Below, one piece after another: positions 41,499 through 55,846 of a stretch of DNA of 64,000 nucleotides (position 1 is its first letter; each line of letters opens with the position of its first letter). Below the pieces are notes generated by a model that saw nothing but the letters and a program-made list of their open reading frames with translations, searched no databases and had not been told where the DNA came from. The translations under genes and the position numbers were made by a program. The stretch comes from Syncephalis fuscata S228 (taxonomy: Eukaryota > Fungi > Zoopagomycota), in the NCBI GenBank assembly GCA_025786725.1, contig JAHLTZ010000003.1, positions 310,001 through 374,000 on the forward strand, written 5' to 3'.

Positions 41499-43987
41499 AT
41501 GGCGCATTTACTTGCTTCAAACCGCGAGACTTCTTCTACTGGCGTGGCAGTTAAGCCATTGGAGTCCGACCAAATCAACTGTCAAAATACCGATGATTCA
41601 ACAAGTATTGGTACGCGGTCTTTTGTCGATCCCACGTCTAAAGAGAAAGGCAAAATAAATGCTTCCCTATTCCACATCGGCGATCTAACTGATATTGAGA
41701 AAGAAAAAGAGAATATTCTACCCGTACGTAGTGGAAGAAGTGTTTATGAGCTTGTACGGCAGTTTAGTACACCTGATAAAAAACGTCATTCTAAATTGCA
41801 AGAAGAACGCGAAGGATTTGAAACTCTACTTACTAACGCACACGAATGGGATGATCCACTCGAAGCATATTATAAATTTGTACACTGGACCATCGATAAC
41901 TATCCACAAGGAAACAATAGTGAAAGTAATCTTGTACCGCTTCTTGAGCGGTGTACACGTACCTTTCGCACAGATAAACGTTATGTAAATGATCCACGCT
42001 ATTTACGGTGCTGGCTTATGTACGCCGAGTATATTGCTGAGCCGCGTATTATATTCCAGCATCTTGAAGCCAACGGCATTGGACAAGAATTGGCTGCATT
42101 TTATGAAGAGTATGCTGTTAATTTGGAAAAAGAATCTAGGTAATTACATTGTAACTAATAAATAATAATCACTTAATTGAATTTAGATGGCAACAAGCAG
42201 ATGCCATTTATAAGCTAGGCATTAATCGATTTGCCCAGCCACTAAATCGGCTTACACGCAAATATAATGCATTTCAAGTTCGAATGGCCGCTGTTGGTGT
42301 TAAACTATCTCCGACTGATTTAGTTGCTGAACAGTCTGTAGCAGAAGTCTCAAAAAAGCCGACAGTAGAACGACCACCCATGCGTGTTTTTGGCAACGCT
42401 CAAGCAAACACACAGAGTAACGTTGAGGTCAAAGACGCTCTTGGCCAACATAATCAGCGTTTAGAGGTTTATCAAGATAAAGAAGATGCTAGCCTACCAG
42501 CTGTCGCCAACAACAACACAACACCTTGGACTGATCTAGGCACCGAAGCCAGTAGACATAAAGAGAATCGGTTAGAGCCGACTCGTTGGCGAGGACAGAA
42601 GCTATCAAACTTTGGTACACGTCTAGCGCAGCCTTGCAAGAAATTTAAAGTATACGAGGATGAGGTAAATAACAATAATAATAATAATAAACTATATCAT
42701 TAATATATAGTGACTAATACTGCCTTTTATAGCCGGAAGAATCAGTTGAAGATACTACACCAGCACGTAATAAAACATCATCAAGACTGACGCCATATAG
42801 TGCACGATCGGAGACAGATCTGCTTAGAGACGATCCATTGCATTATATTAAATTGGCCGATGCTTCAGCCGATAAAACAGCCGCTGATGCTGTTCAAAAG
42901 CCAAAAACCAAGACAAAGGCGCCACGACCAGAAGTTATGGTGGCTACATTTGAATTTGTGTATCCAGATGGTGTAGAGCGCTCATTTGAAGAAGCCAGAG
43001 CTGCTGCATTGGGACTATTAGGTGCAAACTTTGATACACCTCGTACTAAAACCAAGCCAGATGGTAGGTATAGCTAAAAGGCATGATAGATTACATTTTA
43101 ATACTTTTAATGTACTTATTTCAAGCAGAATTAGAGAGCCCATCACCAGTAAAGCGTAGGCGTCGAAGCTATGAGCGGCCTTCATCGCCTACCATTCATA
43201 CAAAGGCTGCACTAAATGATGTTATGGAAATGTTTAATCAGCCGTTAGCATATGAAAATAGTGACCCAGATCACTCATTCGATGGCAATAACGAGGTCGA
43301 AGAAAAAAGTGTGGCGATAAGAGTAACAAAGAGGAAAAAGAAGACGGCGACGACAAAGAATCGAATCAAACGTTTGAATTGCCGTCAAATTCATCAAAGT
43401 TCTCCGTTTATTGTGATGAAGATGACGAGGCTACATCAGTACAGCCATCTGTCAATCATCTTTCACTCAATTATGACGACATAACTGATCATTCTGGTCA
43501 TTATTCAGAGGATGAGGCGCCAGAAGATCTTACTCGTCAACTTGATTTAATGCGAGAATATCAACCATTTAATACTACACTTCCATTATCATCGGATGAT
43601 GATTTTACTATTAATTTTACACATAGAGAAACTATTTGCTCTACGCCACATGGCGCACATATTACCCATACTGAAAATAGCGATGACGATGAAGAGAAGG
43701 ATGAAGAAGACAATAATGTAGATGTGCCGTATACACCTAGAATGGATATTGGTCATAGACCACAAGTGATGCGTATACCTGTACTGACACCCATTACAGA
43801 AGTGAGTGAACGGTCGATCTACTATACAAGTGGACATCGATCTGAACAAGTGTCAACTGGTCATTTAACGGCATTATCGGAACAATCGGAAGACGCGTCT
43901 ACACCACCTGACACTTTAGAAGCTGTATCGCCATTACCACTATCACTGCCATCACCGCACGACAATGAAGTAAATAGCCATGAGTAA
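41499..43987 (+). CDS. MAD3: Mad3/BubR1-family spindle checkpoint protein, no kinase domain visible
   Basis: KEN1 (EKENILP), TPR (DDPLEAY...YVNDPRYLRCW), ABBA motifs (LEVYQD, FKVYED, FSVYCD), KEN2, GLEBS (ERSFEEARA), CD1 (SPTIHTKAALNDVMEMF), KARD (LTPITEVS). Confidence 0.93.
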
Positions 43988-44515
43988 TGGATATATATAT
44001 ATATATGGTCTATTTATTGTATATTTATATGTTTAGATATGAATAGCCGACAATTAAGTGAATATGAATATTATATGGCTTGGATTATAAACAGTTTGCG
44101 TTTGTATGCTGCTTACTGCACACTCAATAAAGTTGTTTTTGTTGCTACGCATATTACTGTGTTTTATTATTTATTATTTAAATATAAATTATAAATCAAT
44201 ATATTTATTGCAATGCAAGTTATTGATAAAAGTGCATGTTTACTAAATGGATTTGTGTTAGTAGAATTAAATATTGACGTTTTATTAAAAATAAATAAAG
44301 GTTTATGGTTTAACGCGTATTATTAAACAGTTTGGCTAAATAAACAAGTAATTAAAGTGCACTTACACTAAATACACTAACTACATCTTGATCGGTTCAA
44401 TACAGTAATAAATTCTACACCATCGTGAATTTGTTTTAGCGTAGTACCAAAGCCTTAGTCTGTTTTATTTAAAAGTAAGAGTTGACAATTATTTGCAATA
44501 CCTTGTACTAACCTA

Positions 44516-45000
44516 TGCGAAATTTACTGGGTACTTCTGTGTAGCAGCCTATTTCATGGTGATTGTTAAGGCCAAAAAAGTCCCATCATAAACGAAGAAC
44601 ATTATTGATAAGACGACTTTAAGTACTGGTTTTAAATACAATAACGATTTGGCCCGTGTTTTTGACATTAGTGATAAACAGGCTTTAGGCTTAGCATTTC
44701 ATTATGTCCGGTGATTAATTAATTTGAAAAAATGTAGAAATGTTAGGCCTATCGTTTATCAATGACATTTCAAGCGACAAAATAAGGATAATTAACGGTA
44801 TTGGTGACTAGAGTTGGCCACTTGGACTGCTTTTAAGCTGTACAAGTAGTTGAGCAATTTTCGCCATCTATCTCCAGCCTTGTAATTTAATAAATATAAT
44901 TTATTAACAATGGTGACACCACGTGCATTACAGACGATTGTAATAAATTACAAACAATGCTATTGCCCATTCTCAGTGCTGATGGCGACATAGTTATAGA
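44516..45000 (+). pseudogene. Possible decayed secreted-protein gene
   Basis: Frameshifted signal-like MRNLL..VAAYFMVIVKA, then a stop, then TKNIIDKTTLSTGFKYNNDLARVFDISDKQALGLAFHYVR and a GT-AG intron. Confidence 0.3.
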
Positions 45001-46117
45001 AATTTAAAACATTGGTTACTATCTTTATTATAGCCATCTATATATTAAATGTGTATTGCCATTAAATATTAGTAGGATGTGATTGGTGCATAGAAATAAT
45101 AAATAAAAGATTATCTATTCTTGTTGTACATTTGTATAGCCACGCAACCGGAAAAACCCGTAAGATTACAGCTCAATATTACGCGTACCTGAACCAGCTT
45201 GATCATTTGGCAATTGGCGTAACCTGCATTGAAAGGGGCTATGTGCATAGCAAGTCGGCAAAAGGGACATGCAGCAAATGTTTGAACTGTTCCCAATAAA
45301 CAAGAGCCCCTCTGTTTATTATTACTATTATTATTATTATTATTGACATTGCCATCATTATTGTTATTTTATTGTCAATGAGGTTATTATTATTATTGAT
45401 ATAATAGTGTTTTGAATTAAATTATTGTCTTTCAATATTAAACAAATACCTAAGCGGTAAATATCACGAGAAAAGCCGCTATCCGTATTGCCTATAACAC
45501 TACTACTTTGTATCACAGAATAACCGCCACACACACCACCTATATTAGAAAGTGAAAGCAGTGTCCTCCCGGTAGACGTGACATTCTTATCTGGCCGTCC
45601 AACGTTCTACATGCCAAACAACAGACCTCAGCAACGAAAAATCTGTTTGGTTGCCGACTTGGCCGCACGCGTAATAGCGTAGCTTGTCGGTACCTGTGTG
45701 TATGTGTGCGTGCATGGGCAATTGAAAGTAACTCTCCCATCCATCAGTGGTCGTTATTGCTCATTTTCTTGAATTATTCGCCGTCGTCAAGGTGTACACG
45801 TTGTTACACTTCAACAACTATTGCTTGTAATTATTCCACTATCATTCATCGATTGGCAACTGGTTGTTGTTTATATATTTATATGCCGCCGTTAGATAAA
45901 AGCGAAATCACATAAAACAATTCGTAACCTATCCAAAATCTCTGCTGGACACACCTCGCCTTCAATAGTGACAACAACAACAACAACACTATCCACAGTA
46001 GTCGTAGTAGTAATAGTAATAGTATCAACAACTATTTGTTACTTATTTCTTTATTCAAACATCACTTACAAAAAACGATAAAAACGACAAAAGTAGTAAT
46101 ACTTACGCGTATTAGTG

Positions 46118-46916
46118 ATGTCACTCTTTTTTGCTCATGTTTACTTGCTTTCCGTAAGTCATTTATATTTAACTATACTACTAATACTAACCAAATCAAT
46201 TATCTATATTATATCACATTTATTTACGATCACCGAGTAGTTAGCGTGGCTGCTTATTGCTCCCGTGGCCATGTTTGTTGGTACACAGCCGTTACGCCGT
46301 CAACTATTTCCCAAAGACCATGGCAGTAGCGTTAGACATACAAAGGCTCATCGATGGGCCATGACGCTTGTTTTCCTAATGGTGACGGTCGGCTGCCTTA
46401 TTGGTATGTTTGGCCTAAGCCATGGTCCTAGTAAATCACTCCACGGTATTGTCGGCATTATCATTTTTGCCTTGCTCTGTGTACTGGCCCTATTTGGTAT
46501 GCTACGTGCCTATTTCGTTAAGGCACTTGGTCAACGTAATGCCATTCAACAGGTGCTTACACCTCGTAAACACTTAATGACCGCCATCCATAGACATATG
46601 GGTATATTTGTATGGACATTAGCGGCTATTAATGTACTGCTCGGCCTATTAAGAATCCGTAAGTAAATTACAAATAATCAAAACCATATTACTAATTTCA
46701 GCCCTTTTCTTGATAGATGCACACTATGCACATCTTTGTGTGGTCGGTGTCTATTCGGTATTATGGTTTGGTGTACTGACCTACCAAGTGTATTTCAAAC
46801 GTACACTAGCCAATGCTTTCCCACCACGACGTGCCGCAACTGCCAACGATTTAAATAAACTATCTAATAGTCAGGTCGAAAAGGTCGAAGAAACCAGCGC
46901 CATACCAGTCGTTTAG
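46118..46916 (+). CDS. Cytochrome b561-family membrane protein
   Basis: Spliced MSLFFAHVYLLS/LAWLLIAP. Four heme-ligand His in successive TM helices (AH, KAHRW, SLHGIVG, AIHRHMG). Two introns. Confidence 0.8.
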
Positions 46917-47099
46917 ATTGGGATGTGTAAACAATCCCTCGTTGTAGTCTCATTTTAATAATAATAAAATTACTGATTTATTTACATTGTGTTGCTTTAC
47001 TACTATCAGTTTAATCAAATTAATTCGTTTATTTTAAAACTTATTTAAATTTATTAAAGTTAAAAAGTACACACTGGACATGACTGCCATATGTATATT

Positions 47100-50000
47100 T
47101 TACTGGCAAGGCGTTCGCATTTGCAGCTGACGCCAGCGCATTGTATCTATCGCCATTTCCAGCACAACACGTACTCGGAACATTGCACCAGTTTGCATAT
47201 CTTGTTGTTGCTCCTCTCGTAGTACTACTTGATAAATGGGCACAGTGGCGTCATGTGGCAAAGGCACTATATAGCAATAATCATGAGCTACTAATTCCTA
47301 TCAATTATATAGCACTATGTATTTACTTACCCGATCGATCTCCCATAACAAACGCTCCAATGTAGTGTCGTTCATCAGGCCGGACACAATTAGCATTTTG
47401 ATCAATCCAATTAAGCAGTTCTTTTGACTGGGTCGATGCACCACCCGTATGCGGTGGCTGTGGCGGAGGTGGACCGCCAGCACCTGATGGCAGAGAGGCT
47501 GTGGTGGATAGCCATGAACTGTACCAGTCGGTGGTGGCGGTCCTACTGGTCGAACATGGTAATGATATCCATGAGGCTGTTGTGGCGGTTGTTGTGATGA
47601 TGCATGTGGATGAGGTGGTCCCATCATAGCATGATGTGTTGGATGTGTTGGTGGTGCAGGTGTAGAATTAGAATGCGTCATTGGGTGTCCATAACCTGAG
47701 GGTCGTCGATGCTCTCCACTATGTGGATGTACAACATGTGATGATGATGAAGATGGAGCCATAGGCGTAGATGAATGTATTAAATAGTCATGAGGGGGTG
47801 GCTGTGACATATGTCGATGTGGATGTGGTGTCGATGTCTGTTCATAAGTATGATGTGGATGAGGTGGATGAGGTGGTATATGTTGCATTGAATGGGGATT
47901 TTGTGTCATAGAAGTAGCTGACATGACATAAGGTTGTGGTGGTGGTGGTCCATTCATAGCATGTCCTATATTAAATAGTATTAAACATTAAGTCGATAGG
48001 TATATTATATTAATTACTTACCTTGTGGAGCCGACATAGATGGATGATGATACTGCATTGGTGGTGGCTGTTGTTGTTGCATAGAGCTATGACTAATACC
48101 ACCACTATTACTATTAGAATGTGGCGCTGAACTAGCATGGGCAGATGATGCAGCATGTCCTTCAATAAAAGATATACTGGGTCTTCTATGAGCATGTTGC
48201 TGTTGTTGCTGTTGCTGTTGCTGCTGTTGTTGTGAAGGTTGTTGTTGTTGTTGTGAAGGTTGTGCAGATGCAGGTTGACTACGTGGTGATTGGGCTGGTG
48301 GTATATCCGGTCTAGTATGTGGCGAGTATCTTTGATTACTATCCTGCTTCTCTTTATTCATCACTGTTTTATGAGAATAGGATGAGGCAGGTTGAAAACT
48401 ACCTTGTTGTTCTTGTGATAGTCGATATACATTAAGCGTATCTTGATACGGTGAACCAGATTGCCGCAATCGTTCTCTTGTTACTGCTGGATCACCATTA
48501 GTAATAAATGTATACGATTTCTCTGCTTTATTTGCAAATCCTATTTGATTATGACCATCTCGATCCAGTTGATGCTGTTCATTCTCTGTAGTCTCTTTCT
48601 TACTCGATTCACTTTGTGGATCACATATAGCGATGGTGGTGGCATCTGGTTCTGATTCTAATTTGAATTCTGATTTAGATTTGGATTCGACTGAAGTGTC
48701 ATTGCTGGATATCACAGTTTCATTCTTTGATACATTTGAAGGTGTTTCTACGTCAGTCTTTGTTGTTACAGTCGTCGACGCTATTGGAGAATGAATATTT
48801 GTGTTGGATGAGGTGTCATACTTTGTTCTTTTTACAGAATATAATTGATTATCGTCTTGGTTTACTATTATTAGTATTAATAAATTACTTGATTATCTTA
48901 TATTAATCACTTACTTGGTGTAGTAATAGACGTAGTATTTATAGATACAGTGGTGGCCGCCGTGGTTGATACTGTTGCTGCTGTTGCTGATAGTATTGAT
49001 GTTACAGGTTCATTGGTAGTAATCATCGTTGAAGATGACATCTGACTATCCATAGCAAGTTCTCGTTGACGCTGTGCTTCCTCTTCTTGTTGCTGTGCCT
49101 CTATATTGGTTATTAGTAAAGCAGTTGTAGCTGTATAGCAATTACCTTGATATGCACGCTCTTCTGCTTCTCTTTCTCGTGGTGTCTGGCCTGGTCTTTG
49201 GCGTTTTCTTTCTCGTTTATCATTTCTCTCTTGTATTCGTCGTCGTTTCTCCTCTGCTTCTTGTAAACGGCGTTGTTCCATTTCATGTCGTCGTTTTTGC
49301 ATTCGCTGTTCTTTCTCTCTCGCCTCATCTAATCATTAGCTATTGTTAGCTATTATTATTTACTGTATTGCTGTATTTAATTACCTTGTTGTTTCCGTGT
49401 CTTTTCATCTTCTACTGAACGAATAATAGCCGCTCCTTCAGCAATATCAAGCATTTGCATACGGGTTTCTCTGCCACCTGGTGTTACTGGCACTATAGGA
49501 GAGACGAGAGATGCATTATTGGACTCAGTGGCCGATGAAGGCTGACTTGAGCTATTACCAATGGCTGATACTGATGTAATTGAACCTCCAGTTGTAGTCA
49601 CTAAATAAATACAGTAATAAATACAGTTGGTTATTATCATGCAAATTGTATTTAATTCTATACTATATTGGTCTAATACTTTACCACGAGTAGATGTATT
49701 GATAGGGCGTGGTCGTTGTACACCTGTACGTAGAAATGATGGTGTTTGTTTTGGCATACCTGGTCGAACAGGTGCTGTAGTACGTCGTGGCATAAATAAG
49801 CCTGCTGAACTTGCTGCTGAACTTGGTGCATTTGAACTAGCCTGACTATTTGGCATAGGAGGTCGTGTTCTGCCCATGCCAGTAGCTGTGCCATCACTAA
49901 CAGCTGTATTGCCACTGTTACTATCTGTTGCTGTTGTAGACATAGCATTACCACTACCACTAATATTGATAACTGAAGCCATAGCGCTAACACTAACAGG

Positions 50001-50701
50001 TACTGCGGCCAACATTTGGAATCTCTTTTGTCGTTCAGAACGCGTTGTTACACCTTCACTTGACCGAATAGCCGCTAAAGGTGCTGATGCAGTTGATTTT
50101 GACGAAGATCGATTTTGTTCAACAATAGATTCATTCAAATAAGCTTCTTCATCTCGTGTAAACTGAACACCATCCTGTACTATTACACCGTTTAATATCA
50201 ACTAATTAATCAACTAATTAATTAGTTAAAATATATACTTACATTGAAGTGTTATAGCCTCAATTCGACTACTTAACATAGATATCTGATCTACATCTTT
50301 GACATCTAATCTACCCGTAATGGGTACACGTTTAAACAATCGTCCAAAAGTATTTACCCAGTCATCCGGGTCCTTGGCTGCCAATTCCAATAACTGATTT
50401 CCAATAACCAATGCTATTAATATAGTATAATTACCTATAAACAATCAATTACCTTTGATAATGAATCACCAAGTTCTTTTAGTTGAATCGGTCTGATACA
50501 AGCAATGGCCAGGCAAGCAATAATACGAGATGTTGAATCAAATGTAGACCAATTCGCATATAGTTGCCCTACCAGTTCCTCTGTCAAGTGTGAGGCCAGA
50601 GTAAGTGCACTCACCCAAGTGGGCGCAGATACAGCACTACGTAACAATTCCTGCAATGTATCCGACTCGACAACAACATCGCTAATAGCTAGATTATCCA
50701 T
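47100..50701 (-). CDS. NELFA: Negative elongation factor A (NELF-A/WHSC2) orthologue
   Basis: N-domain ESDT...W...LASHLT...LLELAAKDPDDWV...PITGRL; tentacle motif RETRMQMLDIAE; C-domain NANCVRPDERHYIGAFVMGDRS...YQVVLRE...VVLEMAIDTMRWRQL. All three resemble animal NELF-A blocks, in the same order. Confidence 0.85.
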
Positions 50702-51305
50702 CTCTACTTAGATTAATTCGTTCGTTCGTTAGTTAGTTAGTTAGACGATCAAATAGAATCAAACTAATCCACGGATTCAATATAAAATACGCTTATAATA
50801 CTTTATAAAGTAGAATCGTATATGAATTAGTGTTAGATCTACCTACCTAGTTCAAACAAATGACCGTTATTATCGTAGCTACGCCCACCAGATAAATACT
50901 GCTGGGATCGCGCTTTAATCAACAAATAAATGAGTTTCTTTCTTAATCGATAGTTGTATGCGAAACTAATCGCACACAAAGATAACCAAGGCTATCCAAC
51001 GTCTAGCAGTAATAACACACGCAAAACACTTCTCCTATACAGGTAGAACAGTAGGATAATGGTGTGTATTTAGAAGATGGAAGAGTAAAAGAAAAAGGTT
51101 TAAGAATGAACTATAATAGATCTAACCTAATTTTCCCAGATCTATTTCATTGTTGTTGTTATTGTAGGCGGTATTATTAGATCCCCGATCGCTTCTTTAT
51201 TCACTAATCTACACTACGGTTTTTACAATTATACGCAATAGTAAGCTTTCATCGTCTTAGTATATGTTGCTTGTCACGATAGTGTTGTCTATCGTGTTCT
51301 AGACC

Positions 51306-54123
51306 ATGACTATACCACATCTACGTCTGCCACAGGGTAAGTAATACGGGTAGCACTATAGATCAATATAGATTGAAAAGGGCTGGAGACATAGAGACAG
51401 AGCACTGATATGCAATACCAACTATAACTGTTATTATTTATTAGATGTATATACGCGCCTATATGCAGCTACAAGTAACCATACTGAATTCCAAGCGATA
51501 CTCTACGGTGTATGCGAGGAATGTCTTGGACAAGGATTAGTGGCCCGTGTCAAAGTAGGTTCAACACATACACATACACACTATTTGATCAATATTATTA
51601 AATATTAACGCTAATATTAATAGGGCATATTACCGTATCGTTCACATGGCACAGATTTTGAATCAATGCTTACTTCAATAGTTGCCCGTCCAGATATGAC
51701 TGTATTAGGTGTAGCTGTGGTAGGTCATATACGATTGATAAAAGTAACATATTAATAATTGAAATATTTAATAGATTCCAGATGAACGTACACTTGGATT
51801 GGCAACAGCACATGAAATTGCTGCATCCTATTTACTTACACTTCAAACAACACTTGTTAAAGTAGTAGCAGCTGCACGTCTTCATCTACACTCGAGTAAG
51901 TATTAGCAAACAATATACGTATTGGATGATATATTAATTCAGTATATTAGATGATGCCTATTTTACACACAAAATTGCTAAAGAATGTTCAGCATGGTTC
52001 AGAGATTTGATTGTATTAGTTGGTGGACAGTCAATGCCAATAACTATAAAAGCTGGATCATCTTCGGCATCTTCATCGCCATCTTCATTATCTTCAGATA
52101 AATACACGTCTACGTCGCTTAATAATCGACTAGATGACAATGACAGCCATACATTTGGTGCTCGATTACGCTTCTTTGTCAATCCTTCCATTAGTATTCA
52201 TGATGTATCGACCATGATGCGACAACAGTCTCAAGATAACGTTGTAACAGCAGAACGGTTTAAGAACGCATCACTAGTTGAATTGACAAATGCCACCATT
52301 CATAGTCGTGATAAACTTGATATGGATGGTGAAGATGTAAAAATGCCATTTACAAGATTAGAAAGGATGCCGTTAAGAGAAGAAGAAGAAGAAGAAACAA
52401 CGAATATACTAGAAGATGACGAGAAAGGTAGAGATGGAGATGGAGAAGCGGAAGATGAAGATGAAGATGAAGATAATGAAGAAGAAGAGGATAATGAAGA
52501 TAATATAGAAGAAGTAGATGAAAATGAAATGGAAATAGAACATGAATTAAGATTAAAGGAAGATGACGACGATGATGATGAAGAAGAAACAGATGAAGAT
52601 AATTGTCATATTAACGAGAATACTAATAATAATGAAGATACAGTAGAACACGATGTCAATATGTCTGATGGATTGTGTATTGCATCTAGAAACGATACAA
52701 CACAAGAAATAGATAACAGTTTTGCATCTTATATTTCATCAAGTGGTAATGAAGGTGTTAATACAGAACGGTTATCCACTTATAGACGACATAAAGGACC
52801 TCATAAAAGTAAACGGTTTTTGGATGGACATATTAAAGAGACGACTGCATCAAGATCAACTGCAATGAAATTGGTATGTAATATACTATAGATTAATATA
52901 TGTATATGTATATATGTGTACTTACATAACAATTATAGCCTCGATTAATTACACCATCATTATATGAAAAGTTTACAGTTGAGAAAGGACAAGGATCAGC
53001 CTATTTACAAAGAGTATTAGGTGAAGCAAGGTAAGATGAGTAGTATATTGTTATATAAATGTAATTTAATTATATTTATTTAGTTTGACCAATTGTACAA
53101 ATGAAGATGAACGGGATCTTGTAGAGTCTATTGATGCATTATTAGAGGAATCATTGCCACATGAACGGCGTGAACGATTAGAACGGAAACAACAAGCGTT
53201 GGAAAGTAGGATTCGGTAAGTATAGTGTGTATTATTTAACAATAGCAATTACTTATTATATAAATAGTAAACTTAGTACTAAAATTGATGTATACGCCGA
53301 ATCACATCGAGAATATACTGGACTTACTTATTTATGGCGATTACTTGAAGCATCACCAGAAGAATTGTTTCATCAATTAGATGCTATGCAATTAGCTGGA
53401 CAACATAGTAATATGACATCTCAATCAACTATTAATGGACAAGCATCTACTACATCATGGCATGAAAGAAGTATACAGCCACCAACTATAACATCTCCTA
53501 TATTGACTGGACCGACACTATTACATGGATCTACTGAAACAATGACATCATCTCATCCTTCGTATTATTGGCATGGTCAACATGTGAATACTAGTGATCA
53601 TTTACCTCGAATGACTACAAGTAATGAACATCACTTTATCTCAGAAGAGAATACATTGGCAACAACAGGAATGATACAACAACAACATCGACGATCTACT
53701 AATAGACCAAGAGATCCTGATAGTACAGATACTGAACCTGAACCTGAACTGTCAGTATTGAATTATCATTCACGAAAGATATCACCAAGTAAAGAAGTGG
53801 TTAATACGTCCTCTATTCCATCTACTACTATAGGCACCCATCAGTCTAATTTAGGTGTCAATCATTATACACAGCCCAATCCTGCACCAACATCAGATTT
53901 ATATACATTAGCGTCAATTGCTCTTCCATCTGATCCTATTACTGATCCTATGGTTTATTCATCTACCGATACTACTACTAGTACTGCTACTGTACCAGTA
54001 TCTGCTACTTGGACTACTACTACTACTACTACTGATAAAATAGTATCTGAAATTGTTCCAGCTCCTCCTCCCGCTACCGCTTCTTCTTCTTCCTCTTCTC
54101 ATACTCATCCAACTTTAAAATAG
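51306..54123 (+). CDS. Hypothetical protein: possible MPN-like N-domain, acidic tract, coiled coil, S/T/P-rich tail
   Basis: Multi-exon model from ATG 51306: TEFQAILYGV...VKGILPY...TVLGVAV, a D/E-rich block at 52380-52600, and HERRERLERKQQALESRIR. Confidence 0.6.
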
Positions 54124-54634
54124 TTAAATTGAGAAAAAAATCGTTATTTTGTTATTGTATAACGTTATAAATTACAATTGATTATAAAGTAGTTATATTT
54201 TTATTTGAATAAAATGGCAAAAAAGAATTCTAAATAGTGTTATCAGATTATTCTTTTTAGACTGTTATTTGCATGAATAATAGAACAATTCTATAGAAAT
54301 GAATGACTATTAATGGTAGTTTTAAGACATCGTTATTTACTAAATAGAACGATTAAGCACGTCATTGCAGTATTTAGTTAATTTCTGTTAAATAAAAGAC
54401 TTGTATTTTGCACAAATTCATGCTTTATTGCTGTAGTATTTTATTTTTAGTCCATCGACCATGTGGGCTTTATCTGATCTTACTGGCGACTTTTTTAGCT
54501 TTATGTTAACACGTGTCTTATATTAATGTGGTGGTCAAGTTCATAAGTGTATTTCAGCATAAATATCAATCGATGAAGATAGTATTATGGCTATCATTAA
54601 TTATTTTCCTTTTATTTTCATCGTTATATTCAAT

Positions 54635-55846
54635 ATGAAATCCATTATTGTTTATCTTGGCGCATCAGTAGTTTGGTGTGGAGTTTCTTGTATGGCACAG
54701 ACTATGCCGAGTAGATCGTCATCTAGTTTATGTGGGTATTACATTTTATTGTGACGTATCTGGCCTATAATGAATAACAGCAAATATAGATGAAACAAAA
54801 ACATTTCTTTCGCAGGTATTAAAGCAAAAGAATGCGTTTGGCAAACCGGGTCTTCGTATAGTGGAGGTTGAAAAACACGAAAGAAATGTGCCAATGGCGC
54901 GAGGAACCTTTAACGGGGCGAGTGTTTCCATCGAATGTCCAAATGCACAAGAACAACTTTACAACCAATATCAAGCTATCGATGTAAGTTTAGTCAGAGT
55001 ATTGTATTTTATTAATAATTGTGTAATGTGTAGCTCATTAAAAAGGCTATGAATCAAATACCAGATGCTTATAAAGATGGAAGCGAATTTATTGCATTGC
55101 CGCTACTTGAATTTGGTCATCACGATAGATATTGTTACGTGACATCGCGTCAGTGCGATATTGAATTAATGGAATATAAATGTGACGATTTAATGCAAAA
55201 TAGAGCTAAAGGATTACAGAACTTTTTTATGCAAATGCTACGTGGTAAAGTTATTTGCTACTAAAGTGTTGTTAGATTGTTAATTATGTGTTTAGGAATT
55301 GCCTTTATGCATCGTATTCATTTACTTATGTCGGATTTCAATCCAGAAGGTAATATACATATGCACTTAATAGTGTGCTGTTGCTAATTAGATTTATATA
55401 GATATTTGTATCAATTCAAAGCTATTTGGTAAATCAAAAATTATTATTCGAAAGTTTAGCAATTCTGTGCCATTCTCAGTCATTGATGATCGTGAGTTTT
55501 GAATAACTATTAAGTGTTAAATAGCTAAACTATTCTATTCTGTTCTAGGTGATAATTCTGGTTTGAAGAATGAATTATGCAAACAGATTCATTAATTATT
55601 GGCAAGGTTATTTATAAAACGCTGTCCAACAACTCATTACCTCCATACTATACATCACAAGCTGGTCCTCTTAATAGTTTTTACATATCTGTCATCGAAC
55701 GAACAAGCTTTAGACCAACAATTGCCAAAAGCAAAGAGATATTACAGCCACTTGTGGATATGATAAATGTTCTTGTTGAGCATGATTTTAATGACCGACC
55801 TACACCAGAAGACTATATCAGTCTAAATAGGATTGGCACAGCATAG
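54635..55846 (+). CDS. Secreted kinase-fold protein (pseudokinase), distant paralogue
   Basis: Signal-like MKSIIVYLGASVVWCGVSCMA; YCYVTSRQC; FFMQMLRGIAFMHRIHLLMSDFNPEDICI; IRKFS in place of DFG; C-terminal DRPTPEDY. Confidence 0.72.
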
